Positions 9,624-20,575 of a stretch of 64,000 bases of DNA are shown here, in pieces (position 1 is the stretch's first letter; every line of letters starts with the position of its first letter). The notes beneath the pieces were generated by a model. That model had not been told where the DNA came from and searched no databases. It saw nothing but the letters and a program-made list of their open reading frames with translations. The stretch is from Pseudomonadota bacterium (GTDB lineage Bacteria; Pseudomonadota; Gammaproteobacteria; Steroidobacterales; GCA-2729495). Where the stretch lies: the NCBI GenBank assembly GCA_963205295.1, contig CAUJIY010000042.1, positions 679-64,678 of the forward strand, written 5' to 3'. Both the position numbers and the translations under genes were made by a program.

Positions 9624-10508
9624 TCAGGCATGCGCCTGGAGCTGTGCGCGAACCTCGTCGGCAAAGTTCGCCGTCTTCTTCTCGATACCCTCGCCGACCT
9701 CGAGGCGCACGAAACGCTGCACGGTCGCCTTGCGTGCCTGCAGCAGCTTGCCGACGCTGGTATCGGGATCCTTGACGAACGGCTGGCCGAGCAGCGTCAC
9801 TTCGTTGAGGAACTTGCGCAGCCGCCCCTCGACCATCTTGCCGACGATCTCCGGCGGCTTGCCTTCCTGGGCCGCCTGCTCGCTGAGGATGCGCCGCTCG
9901 CGCGCCACGAGTTCGGCCGGCACTTCGTCGGCAGTGACGTGCTGGGGCCGGCTCGCGGCAACGTGCATCGCCAGGTCCCGGCGCAGTTCGTCGTCCCCAC
10001 CGGTCACGTCGACGACAACGCCGATGCGGGTGCCGTGGACGTAGGTGCCGAGGCTGCCGCCGGCACGCACCCGCTCGAAGCGGCGTACGGTGATGTTCTC
10101 GCCCACCTTGGCGACGAGTTCCTTGCGCAGGTCCTCGAGCGTGCCGCCACCCGCGCCGTGCGCCAGCGCCATGAGGGCGGCGACGTCGGCCGGTGCGTGG
10201 GCCAGCGCGAGCCGTGCCGCTTCGCCCGCGAAGCCGACGAAGTTGGCGTCGCGCGCGACGAAGTCGGTCTCGCAGTTGACCTCGACGACGACACCCGCAC
10301 TGCCGTCGGCGGCGAGCGCAATCTCGACGCGGCCTTCGGCGGCGACGCGGCTCGCCTTCTTGTCGGCCTTGGCCTGTCCGCGCGTACGCAGGATCTCGGC
10401 CGCCGCCTCGATGTCGCCAGCCGCCTCGAGCAGGGCGTTCTTGCACTCCATCATGCCGGCGCCGGTGCGCTCGCGCAGTTCCTTGACGACGCTCGCCGAT
10501 ATGGTCAT
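9624..10508 (-). CDS. tsf: translation elongation factor Ts
   Basis: 294 aa with N-terminal UBA-like MTISASVVKELRERTGAGMMECKNAL and EF-Ts dimerisation domains. Confidence 0.97.
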   Translation of the reverse strand: MTISASVVKELRERTGAGMMECKNALLEAAGDIEAAAEILRTRGQAKADKKASRVAAEGRVEIALAADGSAGVVVEVNCETDFVARDANFVGFAGEAARLALAHAPADVAALMALAHGAGGGTLEDLRKELVAKVGENITVRRFERVRAGGSLGTYVHGTRIGVVVDVTGGDDELRRDLAMHVAASRPQHVTADEVPAELVARERRILSEQAAQEGKPPEIVGKMVEGRLRKFLNEVTLLGQPFVKDPDTSVGKLLQARKATVQRFVRLEVGEGIEKKTANFADEVRAQLQAHA

Positions 10509-10547
10509 CCGTGATTCTCCTGGGCTGCCACGACGCCGTCGCGGCTG

Positions 10548-11459
10548 CTATTCCTGGGCATCGGCGCCATCGGCCGCAGCGGGAGCCTCGGGGGTGGCAG
10601 CTGCCTCGCCCGGCGCGGTCTTGGCACGTGTGCGGCGTACCGGCCTGGCGCCGTCGGCCTTGCCGCCGCGGGCGCTGCGGCGCGCCGGCGCGGGACGGCG
10701 TGCACCTGGCTGGGTCCGGGGTCGGCCCTCGGCGTCGAGCTCGACGAATTCATCTTCGCCCGCCGGCAGGGCCGGTGCCGAGGCACGCCCATCGAGGACG
10801 GCATCGGCCACGCCGATCGCGAACAGCTCGGCGGAGCGCATCGCATCGTCGTTGCCCGGGATCACGTAGTCGACCTCGTCGGGCGAGCAGTTGGTGTCGA
10901 CCACGCCGACCACCGGGATGCCGAGAATGCGCGCCTCGTGCACGGCGATGTTCTCGTGGCCGACGTCGATGACGAAGACGGCATCGGGCAGCGCGCCGAG
11001 CGTCCTGATGCCGCCGAGGCTGCGCTCGAGCTTGGCCTGTTCGCGCTTCAGCGTGAGCACTTCCTTCTTCGTCAGGCGCTCGATCGAGCCGTCGGCCTGC
11101 ATCTGCTGCAGTTCATCGAGGCGCTTGATCGACTGCTTGATGGTCTTGAAGTTGGTGAGCATGCCGCCCAGCCAGCGATGGCTGACGTAGGGCATGCCGC
11201 AGCGCTCGGCCTGGGCCTTCACCGAGTCGCGAGCCGAGCGCTTGGTGCCGACGAACAGGATGTTGCCGCCGTCGGCTGCCAGGTTGCGCACGAAGCCGCA
11301 GGCCCGGCGGAACAGCGGGACCGTCTGCTCGAGGTTGATGATGTGGATGTTGTTGCGGGCGCCGAAAATAAATGGCGCCATCTTGGGGTTCCAGTACCGG
11401 GTCTGGTGTCCGAAATGAACACCGGCCTCCAGCATCTGGCGCATGCTGACTTCTGCCAC
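10548..11459 (-). CDS. rpsB: 30S ribosomal protein S2 with a long Ala/Pro/Arg-rich C-terminal extension
   Basis: Conserved S2 core ([24 protein letters not shown]...). I place the start at GTG 11459, which is preceded by GGAG; the ORF track start at 11528 adds non-conserved residues. Confidence 0.94.
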   Translation of the reverse strand: MAEVSMRQMLEAGVHFGHQTRYWNPKMAPFIFGARNNIHIINLEQTVPLFRRACGFVRNLAADGGNILFVGTKRSARDSVKAQAERCGMPYVSHRWLGGMLTNFKTIKQSIKRLDELQQMQADGSIERLTKKEVLTLKREQAKLERSLGGIRTLGALPDAVFVIDVGHENIAVHEARILGIPVVGVVDTNCSPDEVDYVIPGNDDAMRSAELFAIGVADAVLDGRASAPALPAGEDEFVELDAEGRPRTQPGARRPAPARRSARGGKADGARPVRRTRAKTAPGEAAATPEAPAAADGADAQE

Positions 11460-11581
11460 GTTGACTCCTTCCGGGTTTGGCCTCCATGTGCCCCGTAGCG
11501 GCAACCCGCTCGCGAACGAGACGGGCACCCGGCCGTACGTGTCGACACATGTGTGGATTTCGTTGCCTGTAAGGCGCGCGC

Positions 11582-11610
11582 TTTATACCATAACAGCCTT
11601 CCTGCAACAA
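11582..11610 (-). promoter_or_regulatory. candidate sigma-70 promoter for rpsB
   Basis: The minus strand reads TTGTTG, a 17-nt spacer, then TATAAA, about 120 nt upstream of the rpsB start. The leader in between contains an imperfect inverted repeat. Found by eye only. Confidence 0.3.
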
Positions 11611-11765
11611 CGCGCCCGACGGTCCTGGCCAGGCGCCGGTGGCCGTCCGGCGACCTGCCCTGCCCGCACCCCGCGCCGAGAGCCATGAAACGCCCTGGAA
11701 AGGTCAGACCAGCAGCCCCAGCCGACGCCCCGGGGGCGTTCATACCCGAGCGATCCCACCGAACC

Positions 11766-12533
11766 ATGCACATCACCATCAAGTCAGCGGAGGAGCAGGA
11801 GCGGATGCGCGTGGCCGGGCGGCTGACGGCCGACGTGCTCGACATGATCGGGCCGCGGGTCGAGCCCGGGATCACCACCGGGGAACTCGACCGCATCTGC
11901 CACGACTACATCGTCGACGTACAGGGCGCGATCCCGGCCCCGCTCGACTATCGCGGCTTCCCCCGCTCCATCTGCACCTCGGTGAATCACGTCGTGTGCC
12001 ACGGCATCCCCGGGGATCGCAAGCTGCGGGCCGGGGACATCGTCAACATCGACATCACCGTCATCAAGGATGGCTACCACGGCGACAGCAGCCGCATGTT
12101 CGCCGTCGGCAAGCCCGGGATCCAGGCCGCCCGCCTCATGCAGGCCGCCCACGATGCGATGTGGCAGGGCATCCGCGTGGTGCGCCCCGGCGGCCATCTC
12201 GGCGACATCGGCCACGCGGTGCAGCAGCATGCGGAGGGGCACGGCTTCTCGATCGTGCGCGAATACTGCGGTCATGGCATCGGCCGCGGCTTCCACGAGG
12301 ATCCGCAGGTGCTGCATTACGGCCGCGCCGGCACCGGCGTGGAGCTGCGCGAGGGGATGACCTTCACCATCGAGCCGATGGTCAACGCCGGCGAGCGCCA
12401 CGTGCGCCTGCTGCCCGATGGCTGGACGGTCGTCACCCGCGATCACTCGCTGTCGGCGCAGTGGGAGCACACCGTGCTGGTGACGGCCACGGGCTGCGAG
12501 ATCCTCACGCTCGGCGCCGCTGAGCGCCCATGA
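11766..12533 (+). CDS. map: type I methionine aminopeptidase
   Basis: Internal Met of the 11553 ORF (MHITIKSAEEQERMRVAGRL...) and metal-ligand regions (DIVNIDITV, HGIG, EPM). Divergent from rpsB as in many proteobacteria. Confidence 0.95.
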   Translation: MHITIKSAEEQERMRVAGRLTADVLDMIGPRVEPGITTGELDRICHDYIVDVQGAIPAPLDYRGFPRSICTSVNHVVCHGIPGDRKLRAGDIVNIDITVIKDGYHGDSSRMFAVGKPGIQAARLMQAAHDAMWQGIRVVRPGGHLGDIGHAVQQHAEGHGFSIVREYCGHGIGRGFHEDPQVLHYGRAGTGVELREGMTFTIEPMVNAGERHVRLLPDGWTVVTRDHSLSAQWEHTVLVTATGCEILTLGAAERP

Positions 12534-15265
12534 CGGTGGCCACCGGCAGCCCTGACGCCAACGAGGCGATTCCGCCGGCACTGGCTGCCGCCGCAGCTGC
12601 CGGGCAGCGCTTCCTCGCCAGCGGCGGCACGAACCTCGACTGGGCCGCCATCGACGCCGCGCTCGCCGCCGCCGGCAGCAGCGTGGAACGGCTGCGCGAG
12701 GTGCTGCAGGCGGCCAACGGCGCGCTGGTGCAGCGCTTCCTCGCCGGCCAGGCGACCACCGACCTCGTCGCCGACCAGGCGGCGGTGATCGACCGCGTGA
12801 TCCGCACCACCTGGGAGCGCAGCTGCGGCCCGCAGCTGCCCGATGCCGTGCTCGCCGCAGTCGGCGGCTACGGCCGCGGCGAACTGCACCCGTGCTCGGA
12901 CGTCGACCTGCTGGTGCTGCTGCCGGGACGTGACAAGCGCGATGCGCGCGAGCCGGTCTCGGCCTTCCTCACGCTGCTCTGGGACATCGGCCTGCAGGTC
13001 GGCCACAGCACGCGCACCGTCGATGAGTGCCGCGACGAGTGCCGGCGTGACCTCACCACGGTGACGACGCTCATGGAGGCGCGCCGCCTGCTCGGGCCAG
13101 AGGCGCTGTTCCAGCGCATGGAGGCCGCCTGCGCCCCGCCCGGGGTGTGGCCGGCGCGCAGCTTCTTCGAAGCCAAGCTCAAGGAGCAGCAGACGCGCCA
13201 CGGCCGCTACGACGACACCGCCTACAACCTCGAGCCGAACATCAAGGGCAGTCCCGGTGGGTTGCGCGACATCCACATGATCCTCTGGGTGGCCCGCCGG
13301 CATTTCGGCACCGGCGACCTGGAGGCGCTGGTTGCGCACCGCTTCCTGACGCCCGGGCAACTGCGCGTGCTGCGCCAGGGGCGCGATTTCCTCTGGCGCA
13401 TCCGCTTCGCGCTGCACGCCCTCACCGGGCGCAAGGAAGACCGGCTGCTGTTCGACTACCAGGCGCGCATCGCGCGGCTGTTCGGCTACCAGGACGCGAC
13501 CTACATGCTGGCGGTGGAGCAGCTGATGCAGCGCTACTACCGCACCGTCATGGACCTCAGCCGCCTCAACGAGATGCTGCTGCAGCTGTTCCAGGAAGCA
13601 ATCCTGCTCAGCCCGCACGCCGAGGCCGAGCCGCTCAACGAACGTTTCCAGGTCCGCAATGGCTTCCTGCAGGTCGTCGGCGACGACGTCTTCGAACGCC
13701 AGCCCTCGGCGATCCTCGAACTGTTCCTGCTGCTGCAGCAGAACCCGCAGGTGAAGGGTGTCAGCGCCACCACCGTCGACCTGCTCCAGCGCAGTCTGTA
13801 CCTGGTCGACGACGCATTCCGTCAGGACCCGCGCAACCACCGGCTGTTCCTGCAGATCCTGCGCGCTCCGGCGGGCGTCACCCACGAGCTGCGGCGCATG
13901 AACCTCTACGGCGTGCTCGGCCGCTACGTGCCGTCGTTCGGACGCATCGTCGGGCGCATGCAGTACGACCTGTTCCACGCCTACACGGTCGATGCGCACA
14001 CGCTGTTCGTGGTGAGCAACCTGCGCCGCTTCGCGCTGTCGCGCTACGACCACGAGTTCCCGCGCTGCTCGCAGATCATGCAGGGCCTGCCGGCGCCGGA
14101 GATCGCCTATCTGGCCGGCCTCTTCCACGACATCGCCAAGGGCCGGGGCGGGGATCACTCCGAACTCGGCGCCGTCGATGCCGAGGCCTTCTGCCTCGAG
14201 CACGGCCTGAGCCGCTACGAGGCGCGCCTCACTGCCTGGCTGGTGCGCCACCACCTGAAGCTGTCGATGACGGCGCAGCGCCGCGACATCGCCGACCAGG
14301 CCGTGATCGGTGAGTTCGCCGCCCACGTCGGCGACGAGACCCACCTCGACTATCTCTACCTGCTCACCGTCGCTGACGTGCGCGCCACTAACCCGAAACT
14401 GTGGAACTCCTGGAAAGCCCAGCTCTTCGAGGAACTCTACGCGGCCACCAAGCATGCCCTGCGGCGCGGGCTGGAGAAGCCCATCGACAAGGACGAACTG
14501 CTCGCCGAAAGGCGCACGCAGGCCCGTGCCCTGGTCGAGGCCAGCGGCGTGGACGGCGGCACCATCGACCGGGTCTGGGCGCTGCTCACCGAGGATTACT
14601 TCCTGCGCTGCCGGCCCGAAACCATCGCCTGGCACACCCGCAAGCTCGCCGGCTTCGATCCGCAGAGCCAGCGCAACCTCATCGACGTGCACGACAACCC
14701 GGGCAGCGGCGGGACCGAAATCTTCCTCTGCACGCCCCAGGAACAGCACACCTTCGCGCTCGCCACCGGGGTGCTCGACGAACTCGGCCTGAACATCGCC
14801 GATGCGCGCATCATCCCGCTCGACAACGGCTTCAGCCTGTCGACCTACGTGGTGCTCGAGCCGGGCGGCGAACGCATCGGCGATCCGGCCCGCCACGAGC
14901 AGATCCGCCGCCACCTCGAACGCGCCCTCGCCCGCAGCGACGGCATGCCGGCGCGCGTCACCCGGCGTGCGCCGCGTCAGGTCCGCATGTTCTCGATCCC
15001 GACGCTGGTGAGCTTCGCTCTCGACGAGCGCAACAACCGCACCGTGATCGAGCTCGTGGCCGGCGACCGCCCGGGCCTGCTCAGCGAGGTCGGCAAGGTC
15101 CTGCGCGACCGGCACGTCGCCATCCACACCGCCAAGATCGTCACCCTCGGCGAGCGCGCCGAGGACGTGTTCCACGTCACCGACCGCGCCGGGCAGCCGC
15201 TCACCGCCGAATTCTGCGAAGATCTGCAGCGGGCGCTGATCAGCGCCCTCGACCAGGCCGCCTGA
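12530..15265 (+). CDS. glnD: bifunctional [protein-PII] uridylyltransferase/uridylyl-removing enzyme
   Basis: 911 aa with a nucleotidyltransferase region (GGYGRGELHPCSDVDLLVL), an HD domain and two C-terminal ACT-like regions. ATGA overlap with map. Confidence 0.95.
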   Translation: MTVATGSPDANEAIPPALAAAAAAGQRFLASGGTNLDWAAIDAALAAAGSSVERLREVLQAANGALVQRFLAGQATTDLVADQAAVIDRVIRTTWERSCGPQLPDAVLAAVGGYGRGELHPCSDVDLLVLLPGRDKRDAREPVSAFLTLLWDIGLQVGHSTRTVDECRDECRRDLTTVTTLMEARRLLGPEALFQRMEAACAPPGVWPARSFFEAKLKEQQTRHGRYDDTAYNLEPNIKGSPGGLRDIHMILWVARRHFGTGDLEALVAHRFLTPGQLRVLRQGRDFLWRIRFALHALTGRKEDRLLFDYQARIARLFGYQDATYMLAVEQLMQRYYRTVMDLSRLNEMLLQLFQEAILLSPHAEAEPLNERFQVRNGFLQVVGDDVFERQPSAILELFLLLQQNPQVKGVSATTVDLLQRSLYLVDDAFRQDPRNHRLFLQILRAPAGVTHELRRMNLYGVLGRYVPSFGRIVGRMQYDLFHAYTVDAHTLFVVSNLRRFALSRYDHEFPRCSQIMQGLPAPEIAYLAGLFHDIAKGRGGDHSELGAVDAEAFCLEHGLSRYEARLTAWLVRHHLKLSMTAQRRDIADQAVIGEFAAHVGDETHLDYLYLLTVADVRATNPKLWNSWKAQLFEELYAATKHALRRGLEKPIDKDELLAERRTQARALVEASGVDGGTIDRVWALLTEDYFLRCRPETIAWHTRKLAGFDPQSQRNLIDVHDNPGSGGTEIFLCTPQEQHTFALATGVLDELGLNIADARIIPLDNGFSLSTYVVLEPGGERIGDPARHEQIRRHLERALARSDGMPARVTRRAPRQVRMFSIPTLVSFALDERNNRTVIELVAGDRPGLLSEVGKVLRDRHVAIHTAKIVTLGERAEDVFHVTDRAGQPLTAEFCEDLQRALISALDQAA

Positions 15266-15301
15266 GGCCCCCGCTCGTCACCCGCTGCCACGGAACAGGA
15301 C

Positions 15302-16123
<822 letters not shown>

Positions 16124-16132
16124 GCCAGGGCG

Positions 16133-17266
16133 ATGAGCGACACGCTCGAGTTCACCCGCGAACTGATGGCCCGCGCCTCGGTCACGCCCGACGATGCCGG
16201 CTGCCAGGAGCTGCTGGCTGCGCGCCTGCGCGCCGCCGGCTTCGAGGTCGAGTCGCTGCCGTTCGGGGATGTCACCAACCTCTGGGCCCGGCATGGCCGG
16301 GGCCGCCCGCTGCTGTGTTTCGCCGGCCACACCGACGTCGTCCCGCCGGGCGATCGGTCGCAGTGGCAGAGCGATCCGTTCCGGCCCGAGATCCGCGACG
16401 GCCTGCTCTACGGGCGCGGCAGCGCCGACATGAAAGGCAGCCTCGCGGCGATGGTGAACGCGGCCACCGCCTTCGTCCGCCACCACCCGCAGCACCCGGG
16501 CTCGATCGCCTTCCTCATCACCAGCGACGAGGAAGGCCGTGCCCGCGACGGCACGCTGCGCGTCATGCAGGAACTCGGGGCGCGGGGCGAGCAGATCGAC
16601 TGGTGCGTGATCGGCGAGCCCTCCTGCGCCACCCGGCTCGGTGACACCATCCGCGTCGGCCGGCGCGGTTCGCTGAGCGGCATCCTCACCGTCAACGGCG
16701 TGGAAGGCCACGTGGCCTACCCGCAGCTGGCACGCAACCCGATCGAGCTCTTCGCTCCGGTCATCAGCGAGCTCTATGCCACGCCGCTCGATGCAGGCAA
16801 CGAGTTTTTCCCGCCGTCGAGCTTCCAGGTGGTGCAGATCGCCGCCGGCGAAGGCGCACCGAACGTGATCCCGGGCCGGCTCAACGCGCGCTTCAACGTG
16901 CGCTATTCGACCGTGTGGACCCACCAGCAGCTGCAGCGGCACATCGAAGGCGTGCTCGACCGCCACGGCCTCGATTACGAGCTGCGCTGGCACCTCGCGG
17001 GCGAGCCCTTCCTCACCGCCGCAGGCGCCCTGGTCGATGGTGTCGTGGCCGCGGTGCGTGAGGTAACCGGCATCAGCCCGCAGCTGTCCACTGGCGGCGG
17101 CACCTCGGACGGGCGCTTCATCGCCCCGTCGGGCACGCAGGTGGTGGAGTTCGGCGCCATCAACGCCTCGATCCACAAGGTCGACGAGCACGTCGCGGTG
17201 GCCGACCTCGAGGGCCTGCGGCAGGTCTACGCGGCGATCCTCGGGCGCCTGCTGGTCACGGGCTAG
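16133..17266 (+). CDS. dapE: succinyl-diaminopimelate desuccinylase
   Basis: 377 aa, M20 peptidase motifs (GHTDVVP, GRGSADMKGS, ITSDEEG) with DapE-like length and context. Confidence 0.95.
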   Translation: MSDTLEFTRELMARASVTPDDAGCQELLAARLRAAGFEVESLPFGDVTNLWARHGRGRPLLCFAGHTDVVPPGDRSQWQSDPFRPEIRDGLLYGRGSADMKGSLAAMVNAATAFVRHHPQHPGSIAFLITSDEEGRARDGTLRVMQELGARGEQIDWCVIGEPSCATRLGDTIRVGRRGSLSGILTVNGVEGHVAYPQLARNPIELFAPVISELYATPLDAGNEFFPPSSFQVVQIAAGEGAPNVIPGRLNARFNVRYSTVWTHQQLQRHIEGVLDRHGLDYELRWHLAGEPFLTAAGALVDGVVAAVREVTGISPQLSTGGGTSDGRFIAPSGTQVVEFGAINASIHKVDEHVAVADLEGLRQVYAAILGRLLVTG

Positions 17267-17287
17267 CCCACCGCCCGGCTGCCCGCC

Positions 17288-17776
17288 TCAGGCACGGCGC
17301 AGGTTGTTCCAGACGCCGGCGAGACCAAGCACGAGCACGCAAAGGAACACCCAGCCCGGCATCGCCAGGCCGAGGAAGTGCCAGTCCACCTGCGCGCACT
17401 CGCCCGAGCCGCTGAATACGGTCTGCAGCATCTCGGTGAAGGGAAAGGCCTCGAGCATGTAGTCGAGGCCCGGGCCACAGGCGGGCACCCGCTCCGGCGG
17501 CAGGCTCTGCAGCCACAGGTGGCGCCCGGCGACAGCGGCACCCACACCGGCCGCGAGCACCAGCAGCAGGACATAACCCCAGCGGCCGCGGCCTGCAGGG
17601 TGGTGCAAGGCAGCCGCGAGGAACACCAGGCCGAGCGCGATCACGGCCACGCGCTGGAAGATGCACAGCGGACAGGGCTCGAGCTCCAGCACGTGCTGCG
17701 CATAGAGCGCATAGGCCATGAGCAGCGCACAGGTGAGCGCGCCCAGCGCGTTGACGGTACGTACGCCGATCTGCAT
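17288..17776 (-). CDS. dsbB: disulfide bond formation protein B
   Basis: 162 aa with four TM segments, a CPLC pair in the first periplasmic loop and a second Cys pair (PACG ... GECAQ). Confidence 0.85.
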   Translation of the reverse strand: MQIGVRTVNALGALTCALLMAYALYAQHVLELEPCPLCIFQRVAVIALGLVFLAAALHHPAGRGRWGYVLLLVLAAGVGAAVAGRHLWLQSLPPERVPACGPGLDYMLEAFPFTEMLQTVFSGSGECAQVDWHFLGLAMPGWVFLCVLVLGLAGVWNNLRRA

Positions 17777-17794
17777 CGCCTCTCCCGGTCCGTG

Positions 17795-18487
17795 TCAGCT
17801 GCGACCCTGCCCCGGCACGCGCGCCGGCGCCTGGCCGAGATATTCCGGCAGCGCCTGTTCTGCACGCAGCGTGCGGCCTGCCCGGAAATCCTCCAGGGCC
17901 ATGCTCAACAAGTCGCGCGCCGATGGCAAGAGCGCCGCATCGAGCGCCGTGAGACGCGTTCGGTGGCGCTCGTGCAGCGCCGGGAACGCGGCCCAGCCAT
18001 CGCCGAGTGCGACGCACGGTGTGGTCTGCGGGAATTCCAGCGTGAGCGGGTCGACCAGCACGTCGGGCATCAGCGCTACCGGCATCGGCCCGGCCTCGTA
18101 CAGGGCAGCGTAGGCCTGCCCCATGCGCGCATCCTGGCAGATCGCATAACACCCGGGCCCATGCACGCGCGCCGCCCCCGCGGCGAGCACGGCCAGGCTC
18201 GACACCCGCACGACCGGCAGGTCCTGCGCGAAGGCGAGCGCCTGGGCAACCGCGGCCGCGACGCGTACGCCGGTGAAGCTGCCCGGTCCGCAGCCGAAGG
18301 CCACGACATCGAGCGTGCCGAAATCCGCCCCGACGGCCTCGAGCACGGCGGCCGCATGCGCGTAGACGCGATCGGTGTGCTCACGCGCCGGCTGCAGATC
18401 GCGCACCTCGACCCGTGCGCCACGACAGGCAGCGAGGCTCAGCTGTGCGGTGGCAGCCTCGACGGCGAGAGCACAGACACCGCTCAC
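17795..18487 (-). CDS. tsaB: tRNA threonylcarbamoyladenosine biosynthesis protein TsaB
   Basis: YeaZ/TsaB core (VVAFGCGPGSFTGVRVAAAVAQALAF). The likely GTG start at 18487 overlaps the helicase stop (GTGA). Confidence 0.85.
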   Translation of the reverse strand: MSGVCALAVEAATAQLSLAACRGARVEVRDLQPAREHTDRVYAHAAAVLEAVGADFGTLDVVAFGCGPGSFTGVRVAAAVAQALAFAQDLPVVRVSSLAVLAAGAARVHGPGCYAICQDARMGQAYAALYEAGPMPVALMPDVLVDPLTLEFPQTTPCVALGDGWAAFPALHERHRTRLTALDAALLPSARDLLSMALEDFRAGRTLRAEQALPEYLGQAPARVPGQGRS

Positions 18488-20409
18488 TGGCGCCGCTCCC
18501 ACTCGGTGAGAAAGGCACAGGCCTCGGCCGCCGTACGCACCACGGGCAGGGGTGGCAGGCTCTCGAGGAAGGTGCGTCCGTAGCCGCGCGTCGTCAGCCG
18601 CGGATCGGCGATCATCACCACGCCGTAGTCGTCACAGCCACGGATCAGCCGCCCCACGCCCTGACGCAGCGCCAGCACCGCCTGCGGCAGCTGGTAGTCG
18701 CGGAACGGGTCGCCGCCGGCGCGGCGAATGCGGGCCAGGCGTGCCTGCAGGAACGGATCGCCCGGCGAGGCGAACGGCAGCCGGTCGATCGCCACCACCA
18801 CCAGTGCGGGGCCGCGGATGTCCACACCTTCCCAGAAGGTCGCGGTCCCGAGCAGCACGGCACCCGGTGCGCTCGCGAACTGCTCGAGCAGCCGCGAACG
18901 TGGCGCCGTGCCCTGCACCAGCAGCGTGTGCCCGGTGTCGCGCACGGCGAGGAGTTCCGCGGCCCGCGCGAGTGCGCGGCGGCTGGTGAACAGCAGAAAC
19001 GCACGCCCGCGGCTCGCCTGCAGCACTGGCTCGATCGCCTCGACGACGCGATCGGTGTAGTCGGCCGCATCCGGTGCCGGCAGGCCGGTCGGCAGGAACA
19101 GGCGCGCGCAGCGGGCATAGTCGAAGGGGCTGTCGATGCGGTGGGTCGCGAGCGGCGCGAGGCCGATGCGCTGTGAGAAATGCGTGAAATCGCCGGCCAC
19201 AGCCAGTGTCGCCGAGGTGAAGATCCAGGTGCAGCTCTGGCGCTCAAGCAGGTCGCGCAGCTGTCGTGACGCGTCGAGCGGCGTCAGGTGCAGCGCTACC
19301 TGCCCGCCCTCGGCCTGGTACCAGCACAGGTCCTCGTGCTCCTGCCAGTCGGCGAGGCGCGCTGCGGCTATGGCGAGCGCGCCGGCGCGCTCGGCGCAGC
19401 GGCCGAGGTCGGTACCCGCCTCCGCGCTCTCACCGAGCAGTGCCTGCAGCGCGGCCAGCATCTCGGCGATGGCCTGCAGCGCTGTGCCAAACGCCGCATT
19501 GGCTTCGGCCATCGGCACCGCCCCGGCCGGCGCGCCGGCTGCGGCCACCAGCTCGCGAGCCGTGCTGCCGACGGCCGCCAGCCGCTCCTGCAGGGTCGCA
19601 CTCCAGCAGGCCGACTGCATGGCCTCGGCGCTCGTGTCCTGCACCAGCTCGTCGAGCTGGCGAGTGCGCAGCTCCACGTCGAACAGCGCCTGCGCCGTCT
19701 CGGGGAAACGGTGGGCCTCGTCGACGACGACGACATCGGCACCGGGCAGCAGGCGTCCGAAGCCGTCGTCCTTCAACTGCATGTCGGCGAGCAGCAGGTG
19801 GTGATTGACGACGGCGATGTCGGCTTCCGCAGCGCGCCGGCGTGCCGCCGCCACGTGGCAGTCGTCGAGCTGCGGGCAGCGCCCGCCCAGGCAGTTGTCG
19901 GCGGTCGAGGTCACCAGCGGCCACACCGGCGAGCCTTCGGGAACACCGGGCAACTCGGCGACGTCGCCCGACACCGTCTGCAGCGCCCAGCGCTCCACCC
20001 GGTGCAGCTCTGCGGCCAGCGGGCCGCGCACCTGCTGTTCGCGCGCGCGTGCGGCGCGATGGCGGCAGAGGTAATTGGCCCGTCCCTTGAGCTGTGCGAC
20101 GGTGACCGGCCGGCCCAGGCTGCGGCCGACAACCGGCAGGTCGCGGTGGTAGAGCTGGTCCTGCAGCGTGCGGGTCCCGGTGGCGATGATCACCCGCCGG
20201 CCGCTGAGCAGCGCCGGCACCAGGTAGGCGAGCGTCTTGCCCGTGCCAGCACCCGCTTCGATGGCGAGGTGGCCGCCATCCTGCATCGCCTGCCGGACCA
20301 GCCGCGCCATGTCGAGCTGCTCCGGGCGATGGGAAAACCCATGCAATTGCGCTGCCAGCGGGCTGCCGTCGCGGAAGTAGCCATCGATTGCATCGGTTGC
20401 TGGCAACAT
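18484..20409 (-). CDS. ATP-dependent DNA helicase, YoaA/DinG (XPD-like Fe-S) family
   Basis: Walker A (EAGAGTGKT), DEAH box (VVVDEAHRF) and an Fe-S cysteine cluster (CLGGRCPQLDDC). The likely start is Met at 20409 (MLPATDAIDGYF...). Confidence 0.87.
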   Translation of the reverse strand: MLPATDAIDGYFRDGSPLAAQLHGFSHRPEQLDMARLVRQAMQDGGHLAIEAGAGTGKTLAYLVPALLSGRRVIIATGTRTLQDQLYHRDLPVVGRSLGRPVTVAQLKGRANYLCRHRAARAREQQVRGPLAAELHRVERWALQTVSGDVAELPGVPEGSPVWPLVTSTADNCLGGRCPQLDDCHVAAARRRAAEADIAVVNHHLLLADMQLKDDGFGRLLPGADVVVVDEAHRFPETAQALFDVELRTRQLDELVQDTSAEAMQSACWSATLQERLAAVGSTARELVAAAGAPAGAVPMAEANAAFGTALQAIAEMLAALQALLGESAEAGTDLGRCAERAGALAIAAARLADWQEHEDLCWYQAEGGQVALHLTPLDASRQLRDLLERQSCTWIFTSATLAVAGDFTHFSQRIGLAPLATHRIDSPFDYARCARLFLPTGLPAPDAADYTDRVVEAIEPVLQASRGRAFLLFTSRRALARAAELLAVRDTGHTLLVQGTAPRSRLLEQFASAPGAVLLGTATFWEGVDIRGPALVVVAIDRLPFASPGDPFLQARLARIRRAGGDPFRDYQLPQAVLALRQGVGRLIRGCDDYGVVMIADPRLTTRGYGRTFLESLPPLPVVRTAAEACAFLTEWERRQ

Positions 20410-20575
20410 AAACTCACGGTCCGGTCGGCAGACCGGACGGCGCTGACCATCGTGGTCGGGTCTGTATAATAAGTGCTTCACGGGACGACTGGTTTACCCC
20501 GGGGAAACACCGCGGGCGCAGCCACGGCTGCCACCCGCCACTGATCTGCCGAGAACCATACCGCAAGGACACGCG

